64,000 nucleotides of DNA. It comes from Basidiobolus meristosporus CBS 931.73 (lineage: Eukaryota > Fungi > Basidiobolomycota). Below, piece by piece: positions 1-14,158 of this stretch. A program made the position numbers and the translations under genes. Position 1 is the first letter of the stretch; every line of letters starts with the position of its first letter. The notes under the pieces were generated by a model that was not told the origin of the DNA, ran no database searches, and saw only the letters and a program-made list of their open reading frames with translations. The DNA lies in assembly GCA_002104905.1 (NCBI GenBank), contig MCFE01000080.1, positions 62,001 through 126,000 of the forward strand, in the 5' to 3' direction.

Positions 1-16
1 ATCACTATGGCCCCAC

Positions 17-258
17 AGTTGAAATATTGAACTCTTTGGCATCATTCTGTAGCTAAAATTTTACTTTACAATTCTGGACTAGTCTTGGTCACTGTGAGAC
101 TGATATACAGCTTAAACCTTGCCATTTTCTTCAGATCTATGATCTTATGATTATTCCCCTATAGTCAGGATCAAAATAGCATTGATACTAACTATTATGT
201 ACTAACCCTGAAACTTGTACAGAATGCTCCTGAATATTGAGAAGCCCTCCTTGCTTTG
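17..258 (+). repeat. Partial copy of the Copia-1 LTR, inverted relative to 5762-6130
   Basis: Reverse complement aligns by eye with ~5890-6130 (shared motifs ATTCTGGACTAGTCTTGGTCACTG and TCAGATCTATGATCTTATGATT). Confidence 0.8.
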
Positions 259-259
259 T

Positions 260-1400
260 GTTACAGTTGTATTACTTGGCTCACCTTTGTGAGTTTCCTA
301 TGGAGTAGATGTGTGGGTGGATAGGGAGTCAAGTCAAGTTACAAGTACTTCAATATCCCAAGCTCATCAGGGATTTCACCTTCACATCTGGTATGCATAT
401 GGTTTGTTGATAAATGGAGGGTTAGTAGGAGAGTTGGAAACTACAGTTAATGGACATGCATATTGACACCTATGTAATTGGCATTAAGAAGCTAAGCAGC
501 TCCAAAATGTGGGTAATTAGTCAAGTAACACAAAGCTGTGTTGGACACAAAGATCAACAAATTTCTATTTGAATGGCTCTACTAAAGTATGGCAGGTCTC
601 TGCTGGCTGCATGCCAGCTTCTGTATCATTCTATCTAGAGTTAGCACAAATAAGACCCAGAACAAATGCACAAGAGGGACTGTACTCTGCAGGAAGAAGG
701 AATGTATTGGCCAAAAACCAAAAGGTTCTTTGCAGATATTTGGGAGGTATTCATGGCAAAAGTGGCTACAACCAAACATTTGCTTGCTAGTTGTACATCA
801 TGCCAACAATACAAGGTATATGGCAACTTTTAAGTGGCAAACTAAACAGCTATAAAACTGAGGTGATAGAAGCATCAATTGCAGCAGGTGGGCATGTATA
901 GAAATAGGTAGGCAGGAGGCCATAGTTGTTTTTAATTTGAACTATACATGTTATACCTATGGTTGTAGTGGGTAAGCAAATAGATAATGATGATTCTGCA
1001 GTGGAACACATGTACAGCTCAAGAGAAGGCAAAAAGAAAATACCACTGGGTAAATCGGTACAGTAGTATTATAAGAAATAGCTGTAGGCTGCATTACTGG
1101 CACAAAAATGCCATCAGAGGTTCACAAAGTGGCCATCAAAACATCATCATGTTTTTATTACAAAAGGACACAGGGCGAGTTCTTCAGTTAGGTCTGCACA
1201 AATAAATGTGGACTGCAATGAGGCCATCAAAATAATATGCAACTCTTGGCAAAAGACTGTTCAAATACAGTCAGTTTCTTAACTTTATTGGTAGCAAACT
1301 TGGAAAATGCCGGCACATTACTGTTGTGCAATTATGTAGATGGTCAATAATTCCAAGCTGCTGGCACTATGATGGCCTCATTGCAGAGTTCTCACAGCTG
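260..1400 (+). pseudogene. Decayed 3' part of a CACTA/EnSpm transposase
   Basis: Colinear with 25830-26900 (TTTCCTATGGAGT..ATGTGTGG, GGCATTAAGAAG.TAAGCAG, ATATTTGGGAGGTATTCATGGC); many stops. Confidence 0.7.
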
Positions 1401-2248
1401 GTTCATATTGGATATACCCGTAGAACTAAACTATATCTCATAGCAGTTCACCATGCCACTTCCAATCCTGCACAGAATATTACAACACTGACAATATATA
1501 TGGCTGCATGTCTGGCGCTACAGCTTTACTTACAATGCTTATTATTGTGAGTTGTCATTTAAAGCTGCATTCATAATGGTGTAATGTTCCTAACAGGACT
1601 GTTTTATACTCCAGCTTTATAGTAAAAATGCCATATAATATTATTACATTATTCAATATTAAGCTTTTACCCACAGTTGAGACCACTTTGACTTTATGCC
1701 ATAATTAAAAGGAGCATATAGCCTGTAGCTATTAAGCAGGCTCCATTGGATTATATTACATTGTGTCTAGCAGCTTAGGGTCCCTGATGGACTGGGCACC
1801 AAAACCATAAACATGATGCTACTGGGAGTTTGTAAATGGGCATATATTTAGTAACTTGTATCTGGGTTACTCAGGTCGGTATTATTACTGCTTTATTCAC
1901 TCTTGACAGTGCTCTCAGCTGAGCTCTGCTGATGACAGCCTACTTCTAATGATGTGCCTGGTATCAAAGAGGATATTGTGACTTTCCTAGTTTACTGTTT
2001 TCTTCTGGTATGACTCTCCTCTGTACCTACCAAAATGCTGAGTTTTACAAGATTCCAAAGTGTACTCATTACTTTCACTCTGCGATTATTAGACTTACCA
2101 TTGCTGGGAGCGCCTAGTCACTACCTGGAGATAAAGATCTCCACAGATATATGTGTCCAGACTAATACCCTGAGATATTACCAATAAAGCTGGATGTTAC
2201 AGCCTGTAACTATACCTTCATATACTCCTAACTTGATCATGTAAATTA

Positions 2249-2617
2249 TGTTGCAATTTAAGAAGTGATTTGGATATATGGAACTTATCAAGAAATAGTG
2301 ATAATAGTTGAACTGTTGTTTATTAATAAAGAAGCTCAGTATTTATACTGTTGTAGAAGTAATACAGCTGTAACATTAAGTAAGGAGGGTTTCTGAATGT
2401 TCAGGAGCATTCTGTAATAGTTTCAGAGTCAGTACATAATGTTTAGTAACTGTGCTAATTTGATCATGACTATAAGGGAAAGATCATAAGATCATAGATC
2501 TTAAGAAAGTGGCAAAGTAAGAACTGTAAGTTAGTCCCTTAGTAACCAAGACTAATCCAGAATTGTTAAGTAAATATTTTGCTGCAGAATGATACCAAAT
2601 AGTCCAATTTTTCAACA
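2249..2617 (-). repeat. Copia-1 3' LTR
   Basis: Minus strand reads TGTTGAAA...TTGCAACA; direct repeat of 5762-6130 with many transitions. Confidence 0.9.
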
Positions 2618-2628
2618 CTCCCCTCAAC

Positions 2629-3747
2629 TCAATAATTTCTTAATCCTAATTTCTCCCTGAGATTCCCTACTTGTGGCCTAGCTAGTGGTTTTGTCAATAT
2701 ATCTGCCACCATCTTGTCAGTTGGGCAGTACACTAACTCCACTAAGTTACTTTCTACAGCTTCCCTCACAAGGTAATGCTGTATATCAATGTGTCCAGTT
2801 CTGACATGATTAGTAGGATTTCTAGCTAATGGAATACAACTTTGATTATCCTTGTGAATGCACATTGATTCATCTAAATCAAAACCTAAGTCTTTGAATG
2901 ATATGTGTAGCCATATAGCCTTGTTAATTGCTTGACATGCAGCCATATATTCAGCTTCAGTTGTAGATAGTGCCACAGTTGGTTGTTTCTTGCAATTCCA
3001 AGTAATAGCTGCACCAGCATAAAGAAATACATCTCCTGCAGTAGAGTGTCTGTCAATCAGATCCCTACCCCAATATGAGCCACTATTACCATCATCTCTT
3101 TGCCAATTAGCTACTCCAGAGTATTCCTGTACCAAATTTATGGAACCTTGAAGATATCTGACAGTCTGCTTAACTGCTACAATTTGATCTGATCCATAAT
3201 TCTGCATGAGTTGATTGACTATTCCTGCTGCCACTGCAATATCTGAATGTGTAGACACCATCAAGTACATTGGGCTACCAACCATTGATTGATAGGGAAA
3301 GTTTTGCTCCATATTTGAGGTGTTCTCATCTATAACTGGCTGAGATTTGCTTAATTTTAGGTATTGTCCATAGGGGTAGCTGCTGGTTTGCAATTTTTAC
3401 ATTTTGAAGCAACTAAGAATGTCCCTGATGTACTTAAGCTGATTCAGCATAATTTTCAGCATAGGTGTGTCAAATATGACTTCAGTTCCAAGAAAATAGC
3501 TCAATTTTCCAAGATCTTTCATCTCAAACTTGCTGAAGAGATCTGATTTTGTCTGTTTAAGTGCCTCTTGGTCACTTGTAGCTATAATTAGGTTGTCCAC
3601 ATAAAGAACTAGGGTGCTCAAACCCTTTTTGAGATGTTTCACATATATACTGTGATCTGTGGTGCTAAGAGAGAACCCAATTTCCTCTAGATATGTGCCA
3701 ATCATGTTGTACCATGCTCTAGGTGCCTGCTGAATCCCATACTGCAA
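2629..3747 (-). pseudogene. Copia-1 RT-RNase H remnant
   Basis: YGIQQAPRAWY, LVLYVDNLII, MKDLGKLSYFLG, YQSMVGSPMYL, KKQPTVALSTTEAEY, DNQSCI, HIDIQHYLVRE, MVADILTKPL motifs; split by stops and frameshifts. Confidence 0.92.
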
Positions 3748-3799
3748 TTTAGGCAGCTGGCCAATGACTTTGGTGGCTTTCTGATCTGAATGCTGCTAA

Positions 3800-5635
3800 A
3801 ACACAACATCCCTGCTCTTGATTAGCTTCTGAATTTTGCCATCATACACTCTATACCCTTTACTATCTTTGCAATATCCAAGAAAGATCCCTGTCCTACT
3901 CTTCGGTTCCAGCTTTGAGCTTTTTTTGTTAGGGATGTGATAAATAACATCACTATCAAAGATCTTGAGGTGCTGGATATCTGGTTCTTGCCTGTATATG
4001 CTTCAAAGATCTTCACATTGCTACTATTGTTTTATTTGCATATTCTGCTACTCTGTTTTGCTATGTAGTATGAAGAACTGTGGTCTTTTGAAGTATACCA
4101 GTAGATGAGCAGTAATTTGCAAACTCCTTTGAACAGTATTATCCTCCATTGTCATTTTGTAGTACCTTTGTTTTACACCCAATTCAAGCTTCTGCTATGT
4201 TCTTGAGGTGCTTAAACATCTCTAAAGATTCATTCTTTGTTTTGAGGAAGTACACTCATGTATATCTTGTTTTATCATCAATAAACGTCATAGAGTATCT
4301 CTTGGATCCAAAGGACAGTGTTCTCATGGGGCCACAAATATCTGAGTGTACAATAGCCAATATTTTGGTGTTAATAATGCCCTCTGAGCTCTGGAAATGT
4401 TGCCAGCTTGTTTGCCATTTAAACCTCACTTACAAACGTTCAAGAATTGAGTATTTTAGGCCTAAAACAAGCGAATTTTTACCAATTAGCTCATTATCTG
4501 CTCTCCAATGTGTCCTAGCCTCCTATGCCACATCTCCCAGTTTGTTTCATCAGTTTCAGCAATGTCAACATACTCAGGTACAATGATCTTGCATTGTAAC
4601 TTGTATATATTATGATCTCTGATTCCCAAAGCTAATTTTTGTCCCTGAGCAGTTGCTTTACTGACTGAGAGTAGACTCTTAGCTATTCCAGGTACATAGA
4701 GTACGTCAGTCAGTCTTTCTATGTTGCCCCTGAGCTATTGCTCATATTTAGTTGTATAGATCCACTAGTGGTAGCTTCCAGAGCAGAGTTATCACCCAGA
4801 TAAACCTTTCTTTTGGGAATAGTCTTTGAGTTGCTGAACCACTCCTTTATACCACAAATATGCTGAGATTCTCCAGATTTAGTATACCATTCATTACTTT
4901 GGTTACTTGCACTTTCTTGTATGGTTACAAATAACTGTTCATCAGTAGTTACATGCTTTGCCTGCTCTAGTTTCTGCTTTTCATCTGCTTGTTTCTTCTT
5001 GCATTCTCTTGCCCAGTGTCCGGGCTTTTTACACTAGTTGCAGCAACCAGGTTTTCATTGGTTTTGTTGCTTTCCCTTCTTTTCTGAGTGCCTTTGTGAA
5101 CTGAATAAGGCAATATTTTCAGTTTTTCTGCTTGATCATTACATCTGAGTTCTTCATGGAGAAGTCTTCCTTTGACATAGTCTAAATTCAAACCATCTTT
5201 TCTGCTTTCAAAAGATAGTATGAGTGGCTCATACTTGTCTGGTAGGCTACAAAGCAGACAGAGTATCTGTTCTTCATCATCTACACCAGCATTATTACTG
5301 CAAAGTTCTTGTGCAAGTATCTCCATTCTGGTAATAAGTTGTAGCATGTCATCATCTGGCTTCTTCCCCATGTTGAGGAACTTTTGTTTCAACTAAAGGT
5401 TGCTTGATACTGATTTTGCTCTAAAGATCTTCTCTAAGGACTCCCATGCCGCTTTAGCAGTATTTGAGGCATGGATTTGTCCAATGAAGGAATCTTGCAC
5501 AATGATACATATGGCATTAGAGGCCTTTATCTCCTTCTCTAGAAGCGTCTCCACTTCTTTGGCTGTTACTTTGGGCTCAACTTCTTTTCCTGTTACTATA
5601 TTCCAAAGCTTTCTTTCCTTAAGGTGGATCTGCAT
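3800..5635 (-). pseudogene. Copia-1 gag, protease and integrase remnants
   Basis: ORFs 5393-5635 (LKERKLWNIVTG, AKAAWESLEKIF) and 4967-5392 (LLCSLPDKYEPL) are copia Gag-like. Integrase-like remnant at ~3800-4600 (GATGATAAAACAAGATATACATG, AGAATGAATCTTTAGAGATG on the minus strand). Confidence 0.8.
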
Positions 5636-5761
5636 CTTGATTCTCCAAAGTCTTCAGTTCTTTTCATCAAACCTCTTCCTTACAGGGAATATGTTTGTGT
5701 TGCTCTGTTTGCTGGTAGAAGTCATCTTTAGATTAGATTAAGGCAATTGGGGCTTATAACC

Positions 5762-6130
5762 TGCTGCAATTTAAGAAGTGATTTGGATATAAAGAACTTA
5801 TCAAGAAATAGTAGTAATAGTTAAACTGTTGTTTCTGAATAGAGAAGCTCAGTATTTATACCTTTGTAGAAGTAATAGAGTTGCAACACTAAGTCAGGAG
5901 GGTTTCTCAATATTCAGGAGCATTCTGTAACAGTTTCAGGGTTAGTACATAATAGTTGATATCAGTGCTAATTTGATCCTGACTATAAGAGAATAATCAT
6001 AAGATCATAGATCTGAAGAAAGTGGCAAAGTTCAAGCTGTAAATTAGTCCCACAGTGACCAAGACTAGTCCAGAATTGTTAAGTAAATATTTAGCTGCAG
6101 AATAATACCAAATAGTCCAATATTTCAGCA
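5762..6130 (-). repeat. Copia-1 5' LTR
   Basis: Direct repeat of 2249-2617; followed on the minus strand by GGTTATAAGCCCCAA, a copia-type primer-binding site related to GGTTATGGGCCC. Confidence 0.9.
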
Positions 6131-6420
6131 CATTATTACCTACAAATCTTTCTACATACCAATCAGATTTCTTGTTGGGATTACTTGAAATGCTTATACA
6201 ATACATCAGGCACACAGGGTACAGTAGTTCTCAAATCTGCCCAAACTGGCCAAACCTTGCATACATATTTTAGGACCTTCTAGACGTATTTACTGTACCT
6301 GTTTTGCTAAGACTATGCAAAGGTACAGATGCTACTTTTGCACTCAGTATAGCAATAAATGCAAGCACATGATCTATTGCTCTCTAAGTCACCTTCAATC
6401 TTGCCCAATCACTTACAGCA
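6131..6420 (+). repeat. Old LTR-like remnant related to 56007-56355 and 58333-58680 (family E); probably the target of Copia-1
   Basis: Shares TAGGACCTTCT, CTAAGACTATG.AAAG, ATGCTACTTTT and CCCAATCACTT, and ends in TTACAGCA like the family E copies. Confidence 0.5.
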
Positions 6421-7189
6421 AGTGATGTGCCTAAGCAGTCACTTGCTGGAATGTCAACCACTGCTATAACAGTAATTTATTGCTTGGCTGAAAAGTTGGA
6501 TGGATCTGACCACCAAGTCTGCATGCTAAGGAGGAAGAGGCTGCTGTAGGAACAATGCCTCTGGAATATTGAAAAGGAAGCAGCATGCCCTCCCAAAAGT
6601 TCAAGAGAAGAAGCCTTAAAAGAGTAGGAGAAAGTAAAAGTGTCTTTAACTTTATTTGCCTAATGTTAAAAATTAACTGCTTATTTAATGTCCAAGAGAA
6701 AAACAGCAAGTATATACAAAAAGGTATTTAAAAAAGCCTACCAGGCAAGTTCAGCTGCCAAGAAAATATCTCTTAGACAAGAACTTTTTGCTAAAGGCTG
6801 CTGCCAGTAGCACAAATAAGCATTATAATTTACATATCACCATATTGATAAAGCATTGCAATATGAGCATGTACAAACTGTATAAGACATTTACCCCCTG
6901 AATAACTTGGCTTACTGGTCTCAGGGCATTGTATTAGCTTTAAAGTCTAGAACTGAAGACTTGATCCTAAATTACACAATGGATGGCTCCAGGAAGGAAA
7001 CTTGAGAAGAAATAAGCCCAAACAGCAAAGATGAAGAACAGGCCTTAACAAGCAATAACCAACAAAGGAAGTACTCAAAGCCTTTTAAAGGCAGCAGCTG
7101 CATTCCTTGCAGCTACTGCAAAAGGAAGTACACACATCTGACAGGTGCGCAAAAACAATCAATAACCGGCAGAAATGCCTGAATATAGC

Positions 7190-9050
7190 CTTATGAAAAC
7201 TAAGATGATCCCATCAAAAAGCAGTCATAAAGCTTAGGTCCCATGACTAAGCCAATTTATCCTGTCAAAACATGATGCATAGACTGTTGTTAAAGAATTG
7301 CACCCCAGAGCTCATAAATATTTGGTCAATGTAGTTGATTACAACAATACATTAGTGTCTTTTGATTAGTCCTCAGCCAGTTCTTGCATTCTCTGTTCCC
7401 AGACACTCAATTACCTCCTATATTTCTGTAAATAAGTGGGTTATTGCTTCTTACACAATATTTACTTCTTGATTCAACCCCTTCGCTTACTTTTTATACA
7501 TACAAGTGATTTACATTCAATAAAGCTTTAGTTTCATCTCAATAGCCAATTGTATTGGGGTAAACCAATCACTATACCCTGCACTAACATTAAGCCCAAA
7601 CCTACACTCAATAAGCAACTGCATTGAGATCCATCATTCAATGAGTATCTGTGCTGCGATCACTTATTTTATGACTTTGGTAGAAGCCCTGTGGCTTTAT
7701 GCCACTGTTCACTTAATATTTGTTGTATTTCCTGGTCTTCAGCTAGAACTGCAAGGTCTAGCACCTCATGTGCCAGTCTTTACAATAAATCCTTACAATA
7801 ATTAAGTGCCTCTTCTTCAACACCACTGTTGACAAAGTGCTGCAACTTCTTGGTGTGCCTATTGATCCCTCTGAGAAAAAATTGTGATGAATGAATCAAA
7901 AAGCTAATACTAAGTTACGGTCTTGTGACTAAAAGGTGTTGATTTCATCAGGACACTTTGTTAAAATAATTGAAAAGCAACTGCGGCCCAAATTTCACAA
8001 AAGCCCAGAGTAAAATACTGTGCCAAGACTATCAGAAAGTTACTGCATCCCAAGTTTCACCAAAAACTTGATCAAAATTTTTCAACACAATACTACATAA
8101 ACAGCTAAAGATTGGTCCTCTGCTGATTCTCTCACTTTCTGATCTTGGACACTCAAGCACCACCTGCATTGTATACATTGATTGGCTGTTTTTTCTTTTA
8201 ACATCTGTTGCTTCCTGACTCAACCCTTGCTCTTACTTTTTACTCATGTTAATTGATTTATTTGAGTTAGAACTTCAGTTGTACCTCAATTGCAATTGTA
8301 TTGGCCTATACAAGTCCCTTTACCCTACACTTGCATTTAGCCCAACCCCACACTTTACAAGCTGCTCCATAAAAGTCTATCATTCAATTGATATTTCTTC
8401 CATAAAACCTATTTCAAAGACATTGCTGGACACCATACAGCTTTATGCCACTGATCATTCACTGGTTGGCACACATCCTGTTCTTCAGCTGGCACTGCAA
8501 GGTCTAGCACCTCTTCTGCCAGTTCTTGTAGTAATTCAATGTCAAGTGTGTTTTCTTAGGCACTGCTCTCAGAGTAGTGCTGCAACCTCTTGGTGTGACT
8601 ATTAAGGTTACATATATACTCTGCGGCATTGTTACAATACATGGAGTTCTTGATGTTATAGCTTTGTCTGTTAGAGGCACTTACACTCTGACTGCAATGG
8701 AGTGCATGGAGGCAGTTGTAGATTAATTGCTTTTCTTAGCAAACTTATCTATCTCACTGAAGTGTAGCTCAACTGGCTAACTCTAAGCACTTGAAAGAAT
8801 AGTATTTTTCTTTTGGCTCATTCTACTTAGTTATGATGAGTTTCTGCATGCTCTGGGCTGACAGCACTAATTAGTGAGACTCTCAAGTCTTTAACTGCTA
8901 CCTTACTGCATGCTTCTTTCATTATACCCTACTTTCCCCTTAATATATGCTACACTGATATCTGCTTTTGTATGCTTGTCCTTACCAGCATTCTCCTGGC
9001 AACCAGATATATCTAGCTGCTAGCTTGGAACATCAAGCACTGCTTGTGAT
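7190..9050 (-). pseudogene. Two decayed fragments of the CACTA second ORF and its adjacent terminus
   Basis: Homologous to 21601-22650 and to the reverse complement of 49900-51400 (GCACTGCAAGGTCTAGC, TGTATTGGCCTATACAAGTCCCT); degraded terminus CCTTATGAAAA near 7189. Confidence 0.7.
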
Positions 9051-9209
9051 GGGACTCCTAAGAAAGCCATGCACTTTTATCATCAATTTGTCCCTCAGTG
9101 ATAATGAGACCAAGTGTTAGCAAGTTTTTGCTGTTATCAGAACTCTCCTGGTAGCCTGATGTTGCTTTGCTGCTGGTTTGGAACTTCTGACTATTCTGAT
9201 GATAGGCTC

Positions 9210-11750
9210 TGTTGCAATTCAACAAGTTTTTGGATATAAGGAACTTATCAGGATATAATAATAACAGTTGAGCCATTGTTTGTTTATTAAAAAGCTCAAT
9301 ATTTAGCCATTGTAGACGTAAGACAACTGTAACACTAAGTAAGGAGATTGTCTAAGCATCAAGCAGCATTCTGCAACAGTTTCAAGGTAGGCACATAATG
9401 CAAGGTAAAAGTGCTTATTTGACCTGGACTATAGGGGATTAAATACAGGATCATACCTCTGAACGGAAGTGGCAATGTTTAGGCTGTAAATTGGTACAAT
9501 AATGACTAGGATTAGTCCACAATTGCTTAGTAAATGTTCAGCTGCTGAAAATATCTAATAGTCCCATATCCTAGCACTCTCCCTCAACTAGCTGATTTCT
9601 TAATCCTAATTTTGCTTAGAGATTCTCAAAATGTGGCCTAGCTAGTAGCTTTGTCAGTTTATCTGCCATCATTCTCTTGGTTGAGCTGTTAACTAACTCT
9701 ATAAAGTTATTTTCTACAGCTTTGCTCACAAAGTGGTGTTGTATATCTATGAGCTTAGTTTTGGCAGGAATAGTAAGATTGCTAGTTAAAGAAAAATAAC
9801 TTTGATTATCCTTATAAATCATGTTGGTCAATCTGAATTAAAACTTGAGCCTTTAGTTACTCTTTTGACCATAGAACCTCCTGAGTTGCTTGACAAGCGG
9901 CTATATATTCAGTTTCAGCTGTAATAGGCCCACAGCTGGTTGTTTGATGCAGTTCCAAGTAATAGCTGCACCTGCATACAGAAGTAAATACCCAATAGTT
10001 TAGTGGCTGTCAATTAGATTCCATCTCCAGGTTGAATCACTGTAACCACTGCATTTTTGCCTATTTGTTGCAACAGAGTATTGAAGAACCATACTAATGG
10101 TGCCTTGCAGATACTAGATAATTATCTGGGCTGCAGAAATTTGGCCAGATTCAAAATTATATATGAATAGACAGACTACTTCAACTGCCACTGAAATATC
10201 TGGATATATTGACAACATCTAGTTCATTAGGCTACCAACCATTAAGTGATGGCTGAGGTTTAGTCTATATTTATGCTACTCTACTTAAAAGCCCAATCTC
10301 CTCTGGATATATGTCGATTTTGTTCTGCCATGCTCTAGATACCTATGTAAGCCCATGCAATAGTTTTCTACATATGCACATCTCATAGGGGCCTTTGGAC
10401 TGGCAGACCTTCTTATTGCTCCAATATCTTGCAGATCACCATATGGAAAGATTGTTTTGAAGTCCATTTGGCATAGATCTAGACTACATATATCAGTCAG
10501 TGCTAGAGCTGTCCTAATGGAGCTAAACTTGGCTAACAGAGAAAATGTTTCTGGAAAGCCTTGTCCCCAGATTTGGGAATAGCTTTTAGCCACCAATCTA
10601 GCTTTGTGCTTATCAACTGTACTATTGGAGGTTATCATGATCTGGTTAACCCATGCACATGCTGGTGGCTTCTTTGCATCTGATAAATTTACCAGTTTTA
10701 ATGCTTTACCTTTATCAGTGATTGGTACTCTCCCTCAATGGCTTTGTGCCACATTGTAGCACCTGTGCCTTGATTACTTGCTCCAAATTGTGAGGTTTGG
10801 AACATAATGCAAGATAAGCTTCTTTCTGATCATTGTATGTCCACAACCAGGGTTGTGGGGTATTTCTTATTCTGGTAAACCTGCCAACTGGGAAATCTGC
10901 TCTGATCTAGACTGGTAGAATTATCTTTGGTATCTGGCTGAATATATAATGCAAGATAAGCTTCTCAACTGCCATTGCCAACTGGGATCCAGGTGCACAT
11001 CTTGTTCTGCAGATCTCATAGCTGGCATATTCAGTTCTGAACATCAGCTGGTAGAGTTCTCTTTTGTATCTAACTCTATTTGGTAAATGCCTACCTTAAT
11101 AGTGGGGAGTGCATCATCAGGTAGCTGGCCAATGATCTTAGTGGCTTTCTGATCAAAAATCTTCTTAAATACAATGTCCCTGCTCTTGATGAACCTTTGA
11201 ATCTTGCCAGTGTACACTCTGTACTGCCTAGTATCTTCTTAATAGCCAAAAAATATTCTGTTCCTACTGATGGTAACAGCCATAAGCATCTTTTGTTAGG
11301 GATAAGATAGAAAATGTCACTTCCAAAGATCCTGAAGTACTGGAGGTCTCATTTACTGCTGGTATATGCTGCAAAGGGTGTTTAAATGACACATTACTGT
11401 TGATGAGCATCTATTTTTGATGAATACTGAGGTAGCAACAGGCACAGCCCTATACCTGTAGTTCATTTACTTCTCTTACTGCATAGATATTCCCATATCC
11501 ACTATTTTTGTAATTTCACATTCTGCTACTTCATTTTACTGCTGATATGTGGGCCAGTGTTGTGTTGAAGTATACCAGCAGTTGAGCAGTATCATGCAAA
11601 CTCATTAGTGTAGAATTCCCCACCAATTGCACTCTGGAGTACCTTCAATCTACACCAAGTTTGTGTAGCTGCCATGTTCTTGAAGTGCCTAGCATAACTA
11701 AAGCCTTACCCTTTGTTTTGAGGTAGTAAACATATGGATATTTTGACTTG
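9210..11750 (-). mobile_element. Copia-2: truncated Ty1/Copia element (3' LTR plus RH, RT and IN remnants)
   Basis: LTR 9210-9576 is related to the Copia-1 LTR and preceded by a purine tract; ORFs 9616-9831 (DNQS, IDIQHHFV, MADKLTK) and 10285-10638 (KHKARLVAKSYSQ..ETFS..AKFSSIR). Confidence 0.85.
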
Positions 11751-11779
11751 TCACCAATATATGGCATAAATTTTATCTG

Positions 11780-12560
11780 ATAGCACAGTTGAAAGAAAAA
11801 AAGCAAGACCAGAGGTCAAAAGATACTCTCAAATAAAAGGACTTGACAAAATTGAGACATTTACACCAGTAGCTAAGTTTAATTCCATCATATTAGTATT
11901 GGCTATTGCAGCACATATAAGTTTTTATACATCAAATGGATGTAAAATTGCATTTTTGAATGGAGAACTTGATGAAGATGCATATATGAATCAGCCTTAT
12001 GGTTTGCTGACCAAGATTTGTACATTTACACTGCACACTTAAAAATATCTATATGGACTCAAACAATCATTAGGAGCCTGGAATTGGAAGATACATTTGT
12101 ATTTGGAAGCTCTAAGCATCCAAAGGAATACTGGTGACTACAGCATATGCAGCAAGCCCAGTAGAGCAAATCTAGCTCTACTAACTCTACACATGTATGA
12201 TCCTATCATATTTGACTATAATCTAGAAAAATCACAAGAGACTAAATCTGGCCTATAATTTGGAAGGACTCAGTTACTACTAAGGGATAAAGCTCTCCAT
12301 ATACGGATATACCCCTGCTATCACCCTATACCAACCCAACTATATTCAAGATATACCCAACAAGTACCAATTGAGTGACTGTAAGCAAGCAGCTACACCA
12401 ATGGAGACAAACCTCAACTTGGTTTAAATTTAACCAAATCAAGAGAGCTTGGTGCCATCTGAAAGCCCTACCTTTCCTTATTAATCTATGGCTGACAGTC
12501 CAAAGTATATCACACATGGTACACATCCAGATATCCTATATTCAGTGGGAGATGCAGGCC
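11780..12560 (+). pseudogene. Copia reverse-transcriptase fragment in the opposite orientation
   Basis: Plus strand reads ..KKARPEVKRYSQIKGLDKIETFTPVAKFNSI.., QMDVKIAFLNGELDED, YGLKQS; downstream SPKYITHGTHPDILYSVG resembles the LMY..TRPDI..AVG motif. Confidence 0.8.
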
Positions 12561-12911
12561 AGTATAATCAGACTATGCCTAACTCTAGGGTTAACCCTAC
12601 CCTGCTCAATGCTCCACCATGCCATATGGTCAAATTTCAAAATTTTGATTTTTTTTGCTTTTTCACATATTATGCTGATTCCCTCTACTCTTGCACTATC
12701 CCTGACCCAAAAACATCCTCATCCCTTGAATTTGCCCATTTTTTGGTGTTTTCAGATTTTTCACTTTATGCTGTATGTCCTCCACAGGATCCAGCTTCAC
12801 TATGATAAATAATTGTGATGTTCCCATCAGCACACTATGCAAAGACTACTGAAAGAAAATTGCACACTGGATATCACAAAAAACCTGGTTGAGGTTTTTC
12901 ATCACAACAAT

Positions 12912-13637
12912 AGACTTGCTCCATTCAATGGTGTGGTATTGAGCCATGAGTGCAAATAATGTCATAATGTTCCAGGGAGGCCTCATAAGCCTTTACTTGA
13001 TTGCAGAGTGTGGAATATAGCTCTTCATCATCATGCAAAGCAGCCATTATGCTTCACCCATTGTACTGGAGAAAATCCTTGTTAAACCTTTTTTTTGGGT
13101 CAATGTTTGTGCAGGATGTGTAAGAGCACAAGAGGATTGAAGACTTGCATCTAGTATTCAATACCCATTGCCAACTGAGTCTAACTTCTGTGGCTTGTGT
13201 CATGCAAATATCTGCATGAAACTATCTTGATCCACTGGTACTATCTGCCACTTAAAGTGCTTTGTACAAGCTTTACTTTAGGGCTAATATTTAAATATAG
13301 TGCCAGATTGCATTGGTGGACCAAGATAGTTCCATGCATTTTTGTGACATGATACAAGTAACAGGAGCTAGGCTTGGAGTGCCATGGGTATTGAGTACCA
13401 GATTTGTTTCTTCAGTCCTTCTGTGCTCTACACTTCTGAAAAACATTGATCCAAAAAAAGGCTAAAAAATGGATATTTTCCTGCACAATGTGTAAAACAC
13501 AGGGGCTGCTTTGCAGGAAGATGCAGCGCTATGTTTTACACTCTGTCGCCAGGTTTTGGTCTGCTAAGCCTCTCTGGCACACAATGCCACTATTTGCACT
13601 CACGCTTCAATATGGCACTATCCAATGGAACAAGTCT
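12912..13637. mobile_element. Palindromic non-autonomous PHIS element (MITE-like), older copy
   Basis: Ends AGACTTGCTCC...GGAACAAGTCT; two ~330-bp inverted arms; homologous to 32723-33456 with the spacer reversed; flanks AAT/TAT inside a CACTA subterminal sequence whose empty site (CACAACAATGTATAAG) is at ~14316. Confidence 0.85.
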
Positions 13638-13699
13638 TATATATAAGTAGCTTTTGATCAGATGCTTTTCCACTCTTGTTTCATGTAAATTATTTCTTA

Positions 13700-14158
13700 C
13701 TAACAATTCCAATGTGGGGAATATTAAGTCTATCCTATCCTATTTGAAATCCCTCCTAGATAAAAAAACTCAAGTGTTTTCATTGCATTCATTCTATAAC
13801 TATTCTGGCAGTTACAACAATTCATATTTTATACTGTTGGGTCAACCCTGTTTATTTGTTTGCCCACTACAACCTTGGGTATTCCACATATATTTGAAAT
13901 CAAAAAATATTACAGCCTCCTGCTTACTAACCTTTACAAATGCTCAGACTGCCACAATTCACATACTTCTATCACCTCAACTTTACAGCTTTTTGGTTTG
14001 ATACTTGCAAAGTTACCATATACCTTGTATTGCAGGTAACATATAACATGGGCAAACATATGCTTGGTTGCTGCCACTTCAGCCATGTATTCCTTCATTG
14101 TATCTGCAAAAAACTTTTTGGTATTTAGCTAATATATTATCTCTCCCTGCTGAACTCA
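13700..14158 (-). pseudogene. Decayed CACTA transposase 3' fragment
   Basis: Colinear with 28250-28570 and 31200-31520. Confidence 0.7.

Larger units (their letters stand above)
2249..6130 (-). mobile_element. Copia-1: decayed, internally deleted Ty1/Copia LTR retrotransposon
   Basis: Two 369-bp TG..CA LTRs (2249-2617, 5762-6130); primer-binding site GGTTATAAGCCCC after the 5' LTR; purine tract TTGAGGGGAG before the 3' LTR; order gag-PR-IN-RT-RH on the minus strand; flanks AATTA/CATTA (4 of 5 match). Confidence 0.92.
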